A program made the translations under genes and the position numbers. Shown one piece after another: positions 1-7,196 of a DNA stretch of 10,956 nucleotides (the first letter of the stretch is position 1; the number at the start of each line of letters is the position of its first letter). The stretch is taken from UHGV virus genome UHGV-0334393. One strand, given 5' to 3'. The DNA comes from a virus. The notes beneath the pieces are model-generated. The model was not told the origin of the DNA and made no database searches. It was given only the letters and a program-made list of their open reading frames with translations.

Positions 1-77
1 TCTTCGCCGCCGCCTTCAGGGCAGATGAAACCAAACCCTTTGGCATTGTTGAACCACTTAACAGTACCCTTTTCCAT
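1..77 (-). CDS. cspD: Cold-shock domain protein, 5' end only (first 25 codons; gene continues left of the window)
   Basis: Reverse complement of 1..77 translates as MEKGTVKWFNNAKGFGFICPEGGGE, matching from memory the N-terminus of E. coli CspD and the cold-shock domain in general. Start codon is the complement of 75..77. Confidence 0.7.
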   Translation of the reverse strand, partial: MEKGTVKWFNNAKGFGFICPEGGGE

Positions 78-320
78 GCTTCGACATCCTTCGCAAATCT
101 TATACAAGTAAGATGGAATAAACCGGGGTCAGAGAGGGGGCTGTTCAAAACCTCGCCAACTCTAGAAATACAATTTAGAGAATTAGGGCGAGCCGTCAAG
201 CATTTGACAGGGGCCAGGGGGCAGGTATGAATCAAAAATTTGAAGCAGTTAACGCTATTGACAGGAATGTGACAGATGTCGCTGATGCCAACGATAGATG
301 ATAGTTATTTATCAGTTAGT

Positions 321-425
321 GTTCGTGGGTGTTCGTCATGGTATGGGTATCTCATTTATTTCTATGATTATAAAGGATAATTTCGTTTTTCTTGTTCGCC
401 CTTGTTCGTCACAGTTCGCCCTTGT
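321..425. repeat. Direct repeats upstream of int: GTTCGT at 321..326 and 331..336, TGTTCGTCA at 330..338 and 403..411, GTTCGCCCTTGT at 394..405 and 414..425. Candidate integrase arm-type or operator sites.
   Basis: Exact repeats read directly from the sequence; the two 12-mers start 20 bp apart. The function is inferred from their position just upstream of the integrase start. Confidence 0.4.
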
Positions 426-481
426 ACGATGCTCGGTGTAGTCAATGGTGTAGTTAATTTTGATGACCGGAAATTCGAAAC

Positions 482-1720
482 ATGAGCAGGGCAATTCATA
501 GACTTAGCGACACTCTTTTACGAAAATTAAGCGGATCACCAACCACAAAAAACACCTTTTTTAATGATGGTGGCAACCTTAGCGTAAGGCATTCAACCAA
601 TGGCCTGTTAACCTGGTATTTCACTTACAGGGCCGGAACAGGCAGGAAGGTAGCCCCTGAACGTCTGAGGCTGGGAAATTATCCAGATTTGAGCCTGAAA
701 GCAGCCAGGGAAAAAGCGTCGCAGTGTCGCGCCTGGCTTGCTGAGGGTAAAAATCCACGCCATGAGCTTAATCACACCGTACAGGAAGCGTTATCACCTG
801 TTACGGTTAAGGAAGCGCTCACTTACTGGCTTGAATCGTACGCGAAGGAAAAGCGCACAGATTACGAATCTCTGAAAAGCCGGATCAATACACACATAAT
901 CAGCCATATTGGTGCTATGCCGCTGGAAAAATGCGAGCTACGCCACTGGCTGACCTGTTTTGATCAGCTTGCTAAGCGTAATCCGGTATCAGCAGGATTT
1001 TTGTTACAGGTATGCAAGCAGGCGCTTAAGTACTGCCGCAAACGACGCTACGCAATTACCAACGTTCTAGATGATATGGTTGTAGGTGATGTTGGGAAAA
1101 AAGCAGAAATAAGCGAGCGCGTACTAACAAACAAGGAGCTTGGGGAATTACTCCGCGCCCTGGATGAAAAAATTTACCCACCGTACTACAGCGCCCTGAT
1201 TCGCCTCCTGATTGTCTTCGGATGTCGTACCACTGAGCTAAGACGCTCTGAGGTCCAGGAATGGGATTTTAAAGAAATGCTCTGGACCGTGCCGAAAGAA
1301 CATAGCAAAACGAAGGTAGCAATATTCAGGCCAATACCGGAAGCGATCTTGCCGTTCGTAACGAAGCTGGTGGAGCAGAACAGGTACACGGGATTATTGC
1401 TCGGAGAACTGAAAGGGCAATCATCCGTATCAGAGTACGGAAGAACGGCACACAGACGTATTAATCAAGCCCCCTGGACGTTGCACGACATCCGGCACAC
1501 GTTTACAACGATGCTGAACGATTTAGGCGTGGATCCTCATGTAGTGGAGCAGCTAACCGCGCACCAGTTGCCAGGAATGCAACGAGTCTATAATCACTCC
1601 CGTTATCTCGATGCAAAACGTGACGCTCTTAATCTATGGGTTGAGCGTCTCGAGCTTCTCCAGAACAATGATGAAAAAATCGTTGTTATGACCCCGAGAA
1701 TTTACTCCCAAAATTCTTGA
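482..1720 (+). CDS. int: Tyrosine site-specific integrase (P4/CP4-57-like family)
   Basis: 412-aa ORF. The C-terminal region has the tyrosine-recombinase pattern (LHDIRHTF, then RVYNHSRY with a candidate catalytic Tyr). The N-terminal region (FNDGGNLSVR, WYFTYR) resembles the integrase arm-binding domain. Position at the island edge next to a chromosomal gene fits. Confidence 0.9.
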   Translation: MSRAIHRLSDTLLRKLSGSPTTKNTFFNDGGNLSVRHSTNGLLTWYFTYRAGTGRKVAPERLRLGNYPDLSLKAAREKASQCRAWLAEGKNPRHELNHTVQEALSPVTVKEALTYWLESYAKEKRTDYESLKSRINTHIISHIGAMPLEKCELRHWLTCFDQLAKRNPVSAGFLLQVCKQALKYCRKRRYAITNVLDDMVVGDVGKKAEISERVLTNKELGELLRALDEKIYPPYYSALIRLLIVFGCRTTELRRSEVQEWDFKEMLWTVPKEHSKTKVAIFRPIPEAILPFVTKLVEQNRYTGLLLGELKGQSSVSEYGRTAHRRINQAPWTLHDIRHTFTTMLNDLGVDPHVVEQLTAHQLPGMQRVYNHSRYLDAKRDALNLWVERLELLQNNDEKIVVMTPRIYSQNS

Positions 1721-1761
1721 CAAATTACGGCTGTTTTTCTTGCGAAAAATGGCCCTCTAAA

Positions 1762-1798
1762 ATAAATCGTCGAATATCGGCAAATATCGACGATTTAT
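1762..1798. promoter_or_regulatory. Inverted repeat ATAAATCGTCGA / TCGACGATTTAT (12-bp arms, 13-bp spacer) between int and the AlpA-like gene; candidate operator
   Basis: Arms are exact reverse complements (1762..1773 and 1787..1798). Not followed by a T-run, so a protein-binding site is more likely than a terminator. Confidence 0.3.
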
Positions 1799-2129
1799 AT
1801 GTGTCAAGTATTGAAAAAATTTGAAATGTCTTCTTCTGAGTTCTTATTCTCTGTTTCTTGATTGTTCCAACACCTGATGGTTTATCTATTTGTTTTTAAT
1901 GAGGTAATTCAGGTGTCATGCCAAATGACGACATTTTTTGTTGCGTCGCTTAAAAACTCGTGACACGATTTTAAACACTAACGAGCTTCTACGAACCTTA
2001 GCGAACAAAGCCTTTAGCATGGTTGTGTTTTTAATTTAAGAGGTGAAAAAGAATCTAAGTAATATCCGATCTCATATATCTACAGCTAAGAGAAAAGTTT
2101 ATATACGTAATTTTTATGTAGGTTTTTGT

Positions 2130-2339
2130 ATGCGTGAAATAAATGAAGATCGCGTAATCCGTGAGGATGAATGTCGTAAGTTAACTGGAGTGTGCCGCAC
2201 TACACGTTACGAACTGGAGAAAAAAGGGCGCTTTCCGTCACGTCTTAATCTGGGCGGTCGTTCTGTAGGGTGGCTGCTGTCCGAGGTTATGGAATGGGTT
2301 AAAAGCAGGGATCGTATTAATTCAGGTAAGGCAGCGTAG
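2130..2339 (+). CDS. alpA: AlpA-family (phage/prophage regulatory protein) DNA-binding transcriptional regulator
   Basis: The segment RKLTGVCRTTRYELEKKGRFPSRLNLGGRSVGWLLSEVMEWV matches the AlpA/Phage_AlpA helix-turn-helix core (LGGRSVGW...E...W). The tracked ORF starts at a GTG at 2043 that overlaps its own Shine-Dalgarno; the in-frame ATG at 2130 gives a typical ~69-aa AlpA size. Start is uncertain. Confidence 0.7.
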   Translation: MREINEDRVIREDECRKLTGVCRTTRYELEKKGRFPSRLNLGGRSVGWLLSEVMEWVKSRDRINSGKAA

Positions 2340-2351
2340 GGGGAACATATG

Positions 2352-2385
2352 ACACATAAAACAAAGGCGACCTGGGGCGGTCGCC
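2352..2385 (-). terminator. Rho-independent terminator for the minus-strand unit (stem GGCGACC / GGTCGCC, loop of 6, then a U-rich tract on the minus strand)
   Basis: On the minus strand the hairpin at 2366..2385 is followed by TTTGTTTTAT. On the plus strand it is not followed by a T-run. It sits between the convergent alpA-like and RHH-like genes. Confidence 0.5.
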
Positions 2386-2449
2386 AATGGGAAAACACTA
2401 AACATAAGCCCGAACATCATAGCGATTTGCTGGCTGGTGGGCAATGCAA

Positions 2450-2623
2450 TCAGTCTGGTTCAGTTCGTTGCCATACCTGCAATGAGCGCGTTTCCCTGTA
2501 CTCTTTAAGGAATTGCTCAAGGGCAAAAGCACATGGCGCGAATCGTTCTGATTCATGCTCTTTCTTTCTGCGTCGTCTTTTTCGTGCAGGTGATGTTTTT
2601 TCGGTTGATTCTTCGTTGGTCAT
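2450..2623 (-). CDS. Small, highly basic hypothetical protein (57 aa) downstream of the RHH-like gene; below the ORF-track length cutoff
   Basis: Manual translation of the minus strand gives MTNEESTEKTSPARKRRRRKKEHESERFAPCAFALEQFLKEYRETRSLQVWQRTEPD. It lies between the RHH-like gene and the minus-strand terminator. Ribosome-binding site is weak; coding status is uncertain. Confidence 0.25.
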   Translation of the reverse strand: MTNEESTEKTSPARKRRRRKKEHESERFAPCAFALEQFLKEYRETRSLQVWQRTEPD

Positions 2624-2680
2624 TGTGTGCGCCTGTAAAGCAATGCGCCGTAGTACCTCACACCACGGCGCTGATAGTGA

Positions 2681-2878
2681 TTATTCTGATTCTTTGGCCT
2701 TCCGGCGCTGTTCATATTTTAATTTGCGTCCACAGGCATCTAAGACCCATGCGGAAAAATTAGCACTAGGATTAGTTAATTTTTCTTGTTCAACGCTGGC
2801 ATCAATCCCATCTATAAGCTCATGTGGGAATCGAATATTTTTCTTTGCTGATTTGTTGTTTGTGTTACCGCTAGACAT
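2681..2878 (-). CDS. Ribbon-helix-helix (CopG/Arc/MetJ-like) DNA-binding protein; candidate repressor
   Basis: 65 aa. The pattern KNIRFPHELIDGIDASVEQ...NPSANFSAWVLDACG fits a beta-strand, helix, turn, helix RHH layout. GAGGTG Shine-Dalgarno about 6 nt upstream of the ATG on the minus strand. Its upstream region carries palindromic operators. Confidence 0.6.
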   Translation of the reverse strand: MSSGNTNNKSAKKNIRFPHELIDGIDASVEQEKLTNPSANFSAWVLDACGRKLKYEQRRKAKESE

Positions 2879-2907
2879 TGATGCACCTCACTTAAATGGA
2901 CTTTATG

Positions 2908-2986
2908 GGCGCACACAATACAGCAAAAAAAATGAGATGTTAAGTATTGACATGTGCGCACACATGATTTTAATCTGTGCGCACAG
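2908..2986. promoter_or_regulatory. Divergent promoter/operator region: perfect 10-bp palindrome TGTGCGCACA twice (2953..2962, 2976..2985) flanking a -10-like TTTAAT, with TTGACA at 2947..2952; related half-sites GGGCGCACACAAT (2908..2920) and ATTGTGTGCGCC (2621..2632)
   Basis: Palindromes and hexamers read directly from the sequence. TTGACA, a 16-bp spacer and TTTAAT point rightward toward the 3077.. operon; the operators overlap the spacer and the +1 region. Confidence 0.55.
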
Positions 2987-3076
2987 TTTGAGTTTTGTCA
3001 TTCAAATTAAGCAACGCCCCGCAGTGCTCGCAACACATGCAGGGCGTCTAACCAACAACGTAAACTAGGAGCCGTT

Positions 3077-3274
3077 ATGGTTGCCGTAAATCATATACCA
3101 CACCTTGTACACACACAAACGGCCTTTGTGTGGCGTTTTCTGGCCCTGAGTGCCGGAGAATCTCAAATCATCCACGTAACCGCCTGGACGGAACGCGAAG
3201 CGCGTAGCCGTTGCCCGTCCGGTTGTGTTGCTGTATTCGCCGCCCGTATTCGTCAGGGGGTGAGTCATGCATAA
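3077..3274 (+). CDS. Hypothetical protein (65 aa), first gene of the operon that ends in the primase
   Basis: AGGAG Shine-Dalgarno 5 nt upstream of the ATG; overlaps the next ORF by 8 nt (ATGCATAA). No recognisable homology. Confidence 0.55.
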   Translation: MVAVNHIPHLVHTQTAFVWRFLALSAGESQIIHVTAWTEREARSRCPSGCVAVFAARIRQGVSHA

Positions 3275-3494
3275 AATACCCTTTGATGTTCTTATTCATT
3301 CTGAAAACGCATTAATTAAAGCGCGCGAAATGAATGTGTTGTTAATTAAATTAATTGAAGCAACGGAAGCTGGAGAAGAATCTTCGTCATTAATGCTTGC
3401 CGCCGTTCAGACATTACTATCGCCTGTAATTGATGAACTGGATAAGGCGATGGCAATTCACGAAAATAATAACGCGCCCCACACCGGAGAATAA
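3267..3494 (+). CDS. Hypothetical protein (75 aa), predicted helical
   Basis: Start overlaps the stop of the upstream ORF (translational coupling); GGGGGTGAG Shine-Dalgarno. No recognisable homology. Confidence 0.55.
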   Translation: MHKIPFDVLIHSENALIKAREMNVLLIKLIEATEAGEESSSLMLAAVQTLLSPVIDELDKAMAIHENNNAPHTGE

Positions 3495-3499
3495 AAATA

Positions 3500-3799
3500 A
3501 TGAAACTTAAATATTCTGGCTTAACTGCCAGTGGCAACACTCACCCTAAATTTACGCGCGGTGATATTTACCGCGACCAGTACGGCGGCACGGTAATGAT
3601 TAAGGGCGTGGCGGGACGGTGCGTAACTTACCGCCGTGAAGGTTACGAATATGATTGCGTGATGCCTGTTTATCAGTTCCGGCGTGATTTTTCTCTGGTA
3701 CAGACCGCGCCGCATAACGTGCCCACCAGCAACGCCAGAGCACGGGCAAACATCCAGAAGCTGAAAACAATGATTAACGGATTCAGGGGTAAAAAATGA
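3500..3799 (+). CDS. Hypothetical protein (99 aa)
   Basis: GGAGA Shine-Dalgarno 9 nt upstream; its stop overlaps the primase start (ATGA). No recognisable homology. Confidence 0.6.
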   Translation: MKLKYSGLTASGNTHPKFTRGDIYRDQYGGTVMIKGVAGRCVTYRREGYEYDCVMPVYQFRRDFSLVQTAPHNVPTSNARARANIQKLKTMINGFRGKK

Positions 3800-5928
3800 A
3801 ACTGGCACCGAACGTAAAACAGCAGTCACGCGGCATAAAACACAAAGAAACAGAAGTCATTATTTTTGCGGGTAGTGATGCCTGGTCACACGCAAAACAA
3901 TGGCAGGAACATGACGCGCGTATGGCCGGAGATAATGAGCCTCCTGTGTGGCTTGGGGAGCAGCAGTTATCCGAACTGGATAAGCTGCAAATTGTGCCGG
4001 AAGGCAGAAAATCAGTACGCATATTCAGGGCCGGACATCTTGAGCCAGTAATGATCAAGGCGATTGGTCAGAAACTGGCGGCGGCAGGCGTACAGGATGC
4101 AAATTTTTACCCTGAGGGAATGCACGTTCAGAAGGTGGAGAACTGGCGCGAATATCTGGCCCGTGAGCGGCAGAATCTTTCTGATGGTCTGGTTATTGAG
4201 CTTCCGGTAAAGAAAAAAGATACCGGAAGTCATAGCGATGACGAATTAAAGCCACGCGTTGAAAGTCGCGCCGATGGTGTTTTCTGGGTAACGCCCAAAG
4301 TGGATAAGCAGTCAGGCGAAATTATCCGGCCTGAGACGTGGTTATGTTCTCCGCTTGAACTACTGGGAACGGGGACGATCGGTAAAGAGCATTACCGCGT
4401 GATGCGCTGGAAAAAAACCGCAAACCATGAAGTCATCACAATGGCGATCCCGTGTGGTGGTATCGGCGACCGTGACGGCTGGCGGTTACTTAAAGATCAC
4501 GGGCTGAACGTGACAACCAACGGCAAATACAGGGCAATCCTGGCGGACTGGATGCAGTTAAGCGGAAGCCATGAGGAATGGCAGTTAAGCACAACAACGG
4601 GCTGGCATTTTGGCGCGTACATCATGCCGGACGGTTCGATCATTGGTGATTCTGAAAAACCGATCCTGTTTACCGGAAAAAGCGCCGCGATTAACGGTTA
4701 TTCCGTGGCGGGTACGGCGGAGGGCTGGCGCGAGAGTGTGGCGCGGCTGGCTGGCGGTAATGCCTCAATGATGCTGGGTGTGGCAACGTCACTGGCAGCG
4801 CCTTTAATTGGCCTTGTGGGTGCTGACGGCTTCGGGGTGCATCTTTTCGAACAGTCATCGGCAGGTAAGACCACCACGCAGAACATCGCATCAAGTTTAT
4901 GGGGAGAGCCGGACGCGCAGCGGCTGACCTGGTACGGCACGGCGTTAGGTATTGCCAATGAGGCCGAGGCCCATAATGACGGGCTTTTACCACTGGATGA
5001 GATAGGCCAGGCCGGAAATGCGCGGGAAGTGTCAACGTCTGCTTATACGCTGTTTAACGGTTCAGGGAAATTGCAGGGGGCGAAGGATGGCGGCAACAGG
5101 GAGATCAAACACTGGCGAACGGTGGCAATCAGCACCGGAGAAATGGACGTTGAGACATTCCTCAAAAGTGAGGGGATAAAAGTTAAGGCGGGGCAGCTTG
5201 TCCGACTGCTTAACGTTCCGATGGAAAAAGCCACGAAATTTCACGAATACAGCAACGGTAAGGAACATGCTGACGCGTTAAAGGATGCCTGGACAGCAAA
5301 TCACGGGGCGGCGGGTCGTGAGTGGGTTAAATGGCTGGCAGGCCACCAGCAGGAGGCAAAGGACACGGTAAGGGAATGCCGCGAACGGTGGCGCAACCTG
5401 ATACCGGAGAGTTACGGCGAGCAGGTCCACCGCGTGGGTGAACGTTTCGCCATACTGGAGGCCGCGCTTGTGCTTTCCGGTCATGTAACTGGCTGGGTCG
5501 TGCAGGAATGCCGCGACGCGATACAGCATAACTTTAATGCCTGGGTGAAGGAGTTCGGCACGGGTAACAGGGAATTTAAACAGATGGTTGAACAGGCTGA
5601 GGCGTTTTTGTCGTCGTTTGGGTTTAGCCGCTACCTTCCGTACCCCAATACAGATGAGCGTGATTTACCGATTAAAGAGCTTGCCGGATACAGAAAAGGG
5701 AGCATTCGCAACGAAGATGACGAGATGCGCTATTACACGTTCCCGCACGTGTTTGAGAGTGAGATAGCGAAGGGATTTAATCCGGCGCATTTTGCGCGTG
5801 CCCTGGATGCTGCCGGAATGCTGGAGAAGGGAAGCGATCGCCGATACAAAAAAAAGGCGCTGGGCAAGATTGGGGGTAAGCAGCATGTTTTTTACGTGCT
5901 GATGTTCCAGCCTGATGATGAAGATTAA
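3796..5928 (+). CDS. Replication initiator, primase/helicase type (DUF927/D5-like; SF3-like ATPase domain)
   Basis: 710 aa. Walker A SSAGKTT and Walker B LLPLDEIG motifs in the central region. N-terminal region is consistent with a toprim/primase-like domain. An iteron origin lies immediately downstream, as in PICI pri-rep modules. Confidence 0.9.
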   Translation: MKLAPNVKQQSRGIKHKETEVIIFAGSDAWSHAKQWQEHDARMAGDNEPPVWLGEQQLSELDKLQIVPEGRKSVRIFRAGHLEPVMIKAIGQKLAAAGVQDANFYPEGMHVQKVENWREYLARERQNLSDGLVIELPVKKKDTGSHSDDELKPRVESRADGVFWVTPKVDKQSGEIIRPETWLCSPLELLGTGTIGKEHYRVMRWKKTANHEVITMAIPCGGIGDRDGWRLLKDHGLNVTTNGKYRAILADWMQLSGSHEEWQLSTTTGWHFGAYIMPDGSIIGDSEKPILFTGKSAAINGYSVAGTAEGWRESVARLAGGNASMMLGVATSLAAPLIGLVGADGFGVHLFEQSSAGKTTTQNIASSLWGEPDAQRLTWYGTALGIANEAEAHNDGLLPLDEIGQAGNAREVSTSAYTLFNGSGKLQGAKDGGNREIKHWRTVAISTGEMDVETFLKSEGIKVKAGQLVRLLNVPMEKATKFHEYSNGKEHADALKDAWTANHGAAGREWVKWLAGHQQEAKDTVRECRERWRNLIPESYGEQVHRVGERFAILEAALVLSGHVTGWVVQECRDAIQHNFNAWVKEFGTGNREFKQMVEQAEAFLSSFGFSRYLPYPNTDERDLPIKELAGYRKGSIRNEDDEMRYYTFPHVFESEIAKGFNPAHFARALDAAGMLEKGSDRRYKKKALGKIGGKQHVFYVLMFQPDDED

Positions 5929-5950
5929 TCCCCTGTGTGAGGAAAAAAAT

Positions 5951-6290
5951 TGCGGGTTATGCGGGTTATCCTGTGTATAAGTGTATTAAGTGCATGAATA
6001 TAAAGGAAACCAATAACCCGCACGTAACCCGCAAAAGGGCATTTATAACCCGCAAAAGCACGATTATAACCCGCAGGCGAATAACTGAAGTAACACCGGA
6101 CAGTCATGCGTAACCCGCAGAAAAAAAACCGTTTGCGGGTTATTTTGAGCGTTTTGCGGGTTACGTGGTGAGCAAATAATAAACAGGGTGTTTTGCAAAA
6201 TACTGATATAAAAGGATAAAAAATGGTTAGCACGCTAAGATAACCCAATAACCCGCATAACCCGCACATGTTTCTATATATATATAAATT
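5951..6290. repeat. Replication origin: iterons TAACCCGCA / TGCGGGTTA in both orientations (copies at 5951..5968, 6013..6075, 6111..6119, 6134..6164, 6241..6266) followed by a (TA)n unwinding-element-like tract (6275..6290)
   Basis: At least twelve copies of the 9-mer or close variants counted directly, with irregular spacing and an AT-rich tract. Located just downstream of the replication protein. Confidence 0.75.
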
Positions 6291-6300
6291 GAGGTGGCAA

Positions 6301-6552
6301 ATGACCAGAACACGCAGAGACAGAACAGAGCCAAAATATAAAGCGTTAGACATGACTGAGCACACCTTAAAGGTGGCAATCAGAACGATAGACCGCCACA
6401 CGCGGGAAGGATACGCGAAGGAACATCCCGACCTGATAAGCGCATTCATGACCACAGCGGCGGCAAACTTTGCCACGCTGACAGAACGGGAGATTGCCGA
6501 AGCGGAACAGGTAACAACCATCAACGTTAAAACCGGAGAGGTGGAATCATGA
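6301..6552 (+). CDS. Hypothetical protein (83 aa), translationally coupled to ssb
   Basis: GAGGTGG Shine-Dalgarno 5 nt upstream of the ATG at 6301. The tracked ORF start at 6268 lies inside the iterons and has no Shine-Dalgarno. Its stop overlaps the ssb start (ATGA). Confidence 0.6.
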   Translation: MTRTRRDRTEPKYKALDMTEHTLKVAIRTIDRHTREGYAKEHPDLISAFMTTAAANFATLTEREIAEAEQVTTINVKTGEVES

Positions 6553-6959
6553 CAGCACAGATAGCCGCTTACGGGCGGCTGGTGGACGACCCGCAGGTAA
6601 AACAGACCAGCAAGGGCACACCGATGACGCTGGCGCGTATGGCGGTCCCCCTTCCGTGCAGCCAGGCAGATGACGGAACGGCTACGTTATGGCTGTCCGT
6701 CATCGCATTTGGCAAGCAGGCCGACTTCCTGGCTAAACATCAAAAAGGCGACGTTGCCAGCGTATCTGGCGTGATGCAGATAAGCCAGTGGACCGGACAG
6801 AACGGGGAAACGCGGCAGGGTTATCAGGTTATTGCAGACAGCGTAATCAGTGCCCGTGCGGCACGTCCTGGCGGGAACAGACGCAAAACCACAGGCGCAC
6901 AGGGTAATCAGCCACCAGCGGGAGACGATGACCCCTACGGTGATGATATTCCGTTCTGA
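6549..6959 (+). CDS. ssb: Single-stranded DNA-binding protein (short SSB with OB fold and acidic C-terminal tip)
   Basis: 136 aa. Collinear similarity to E. coli SSB (GRLVDDPQVKQT..., W..VIAFGKQADFLAKHQKGD..., ...W.DQ.G..R) and the hallmark C-terminal DDIPF tail after a Gly/Pro/Gln-rich linker. Confidence 0.85.
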   Translation: MTAQIAAYGRLVDDPQVKQTSKGTPMTLARMAVPLPCSQADDGTATLWLSVIAFGKQADFLAKHQKGDVASVSGVMQISQWTGQNGETRQGYQVIADSVISARAARPGGNRRKTTGAQGNQPPAGDDDPYGDDIPF

Positions 6960-6967
6960 ACGCACAG

Positions 6968-6989
6968 GCCGGAGAAAATCCGGCTTTTT
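6968..6989 (+). terminator. Rho-independent terminator (stem GCCGGA / TCCGGC, loop GAAAA, then T5)
   Basis: Hairpin plus T-run immediately after the ssb stop codon. Confidence 0.7.
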
Positions 6990-6995
6990 GTACCC

Positions 6996-7038
6996 AAAAA
7001 AAGCCCGATAAGTACAGGAGGAAGCTTATCGGGCTTTT
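6996..7038. terminator. Bidirectional rho-independent terminator (10-bp stem GCCCGATAAG / CTTATCGGGC flanked by A7 and T4)
   Basis: Perfect 10-bp stem with a 12-nt loop; A-run on the 5' side and T-run on the 3' side. Confidence 0.6.
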
Positions 7039-7112
7039 GCTTACGAGGTTAACAGCATGGTGACTACTGTTGCTGTAAATCATTTCATAATTTGCAACGC
7101 AACTCAATTTTA

Positions 7113-7161
7113 TTGCGCAAAATGCAATCATGATTATAATCATGACTGGATGAACATCCAG
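7113..7161 (+). promoter_or_regulatory. Promoter P1 for the capsid operon: -35 TTGCGC (7113..7118), 16-bp spacer, -10 TATAAT (7135..7140) inside a perfect 18-bp palindrome TCATGATTATAATCATGA (7128..7145), followed by the inverted repeat CTGGATG-AA-CATCCAG (7146..7161)
   Basis: Hexamers and palindromes read directly; positioned about 55 bp upstream of the first capsid-operon start codon. The palindrome over the -10 suggests operator control. Confidence 0.55.
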
Positions 7162-7196
7162 TTATGATTTTTTAAGTCAAAGAGGAATTTCTGACT

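Noticed and set aside
2043-2129. N-terminal extension of the AlpA-like ORF starting at the GTG at 2043
   Set aside because: The GTG overlaps the only Shine-Dalgarno-like sequence (AAGAGG), leaving no spacing, and the extension adds about 29 residues not typical of AlpA-family proteins. The ATG at 2130 is preferred, though the start remains uncertain.
2433-2440. Chi site GCTGGTGG
   Set aside because: A single octamer at roughly the frequency expected for E. coli DNA; not informative by itself.
2349-3068. 239-aa plus-strand ORF with a strong GGGGG Shine-Dalgarno directly after the alpA-like gene
   Set aside because: Its translation is Cys/Ser/Phe-rich and low-complexity. It runs antisense through the RHH-like gene, the minus-strand terminator and the palindromic operator/promoter region. 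It is most likely the antisense shadow of the minus-strand unit; a short real N-terminal peptide cannot be excluded.
4691-5035. Minus-strand ORFs inside the primase gene (4691..5035, 4698..4958 and others)
   Set aside because: They are antisense to a well-supported 710-aa gene and give Pro/Arg/Ala-rich translations typical of the opposite strand of GC-rich coding DNA.
5951-6266. Possible CRISPR array, suggested by the short repeats
   Set aside because: The repeats are 9-mers in both orientations with irregular short spacing and no uniform repeat-spacer periodicity. This is an iteron origin, not a CRISPR array.
5925-6524. 199-aa minus-strand ORF
   Set aside because: It overlaps the iteron origin and the plus-strand 6301..6552 gene, and its translation is hydrophobic and low-complexity. 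It is likely an artefact of the iteron and AT-rich sequence.
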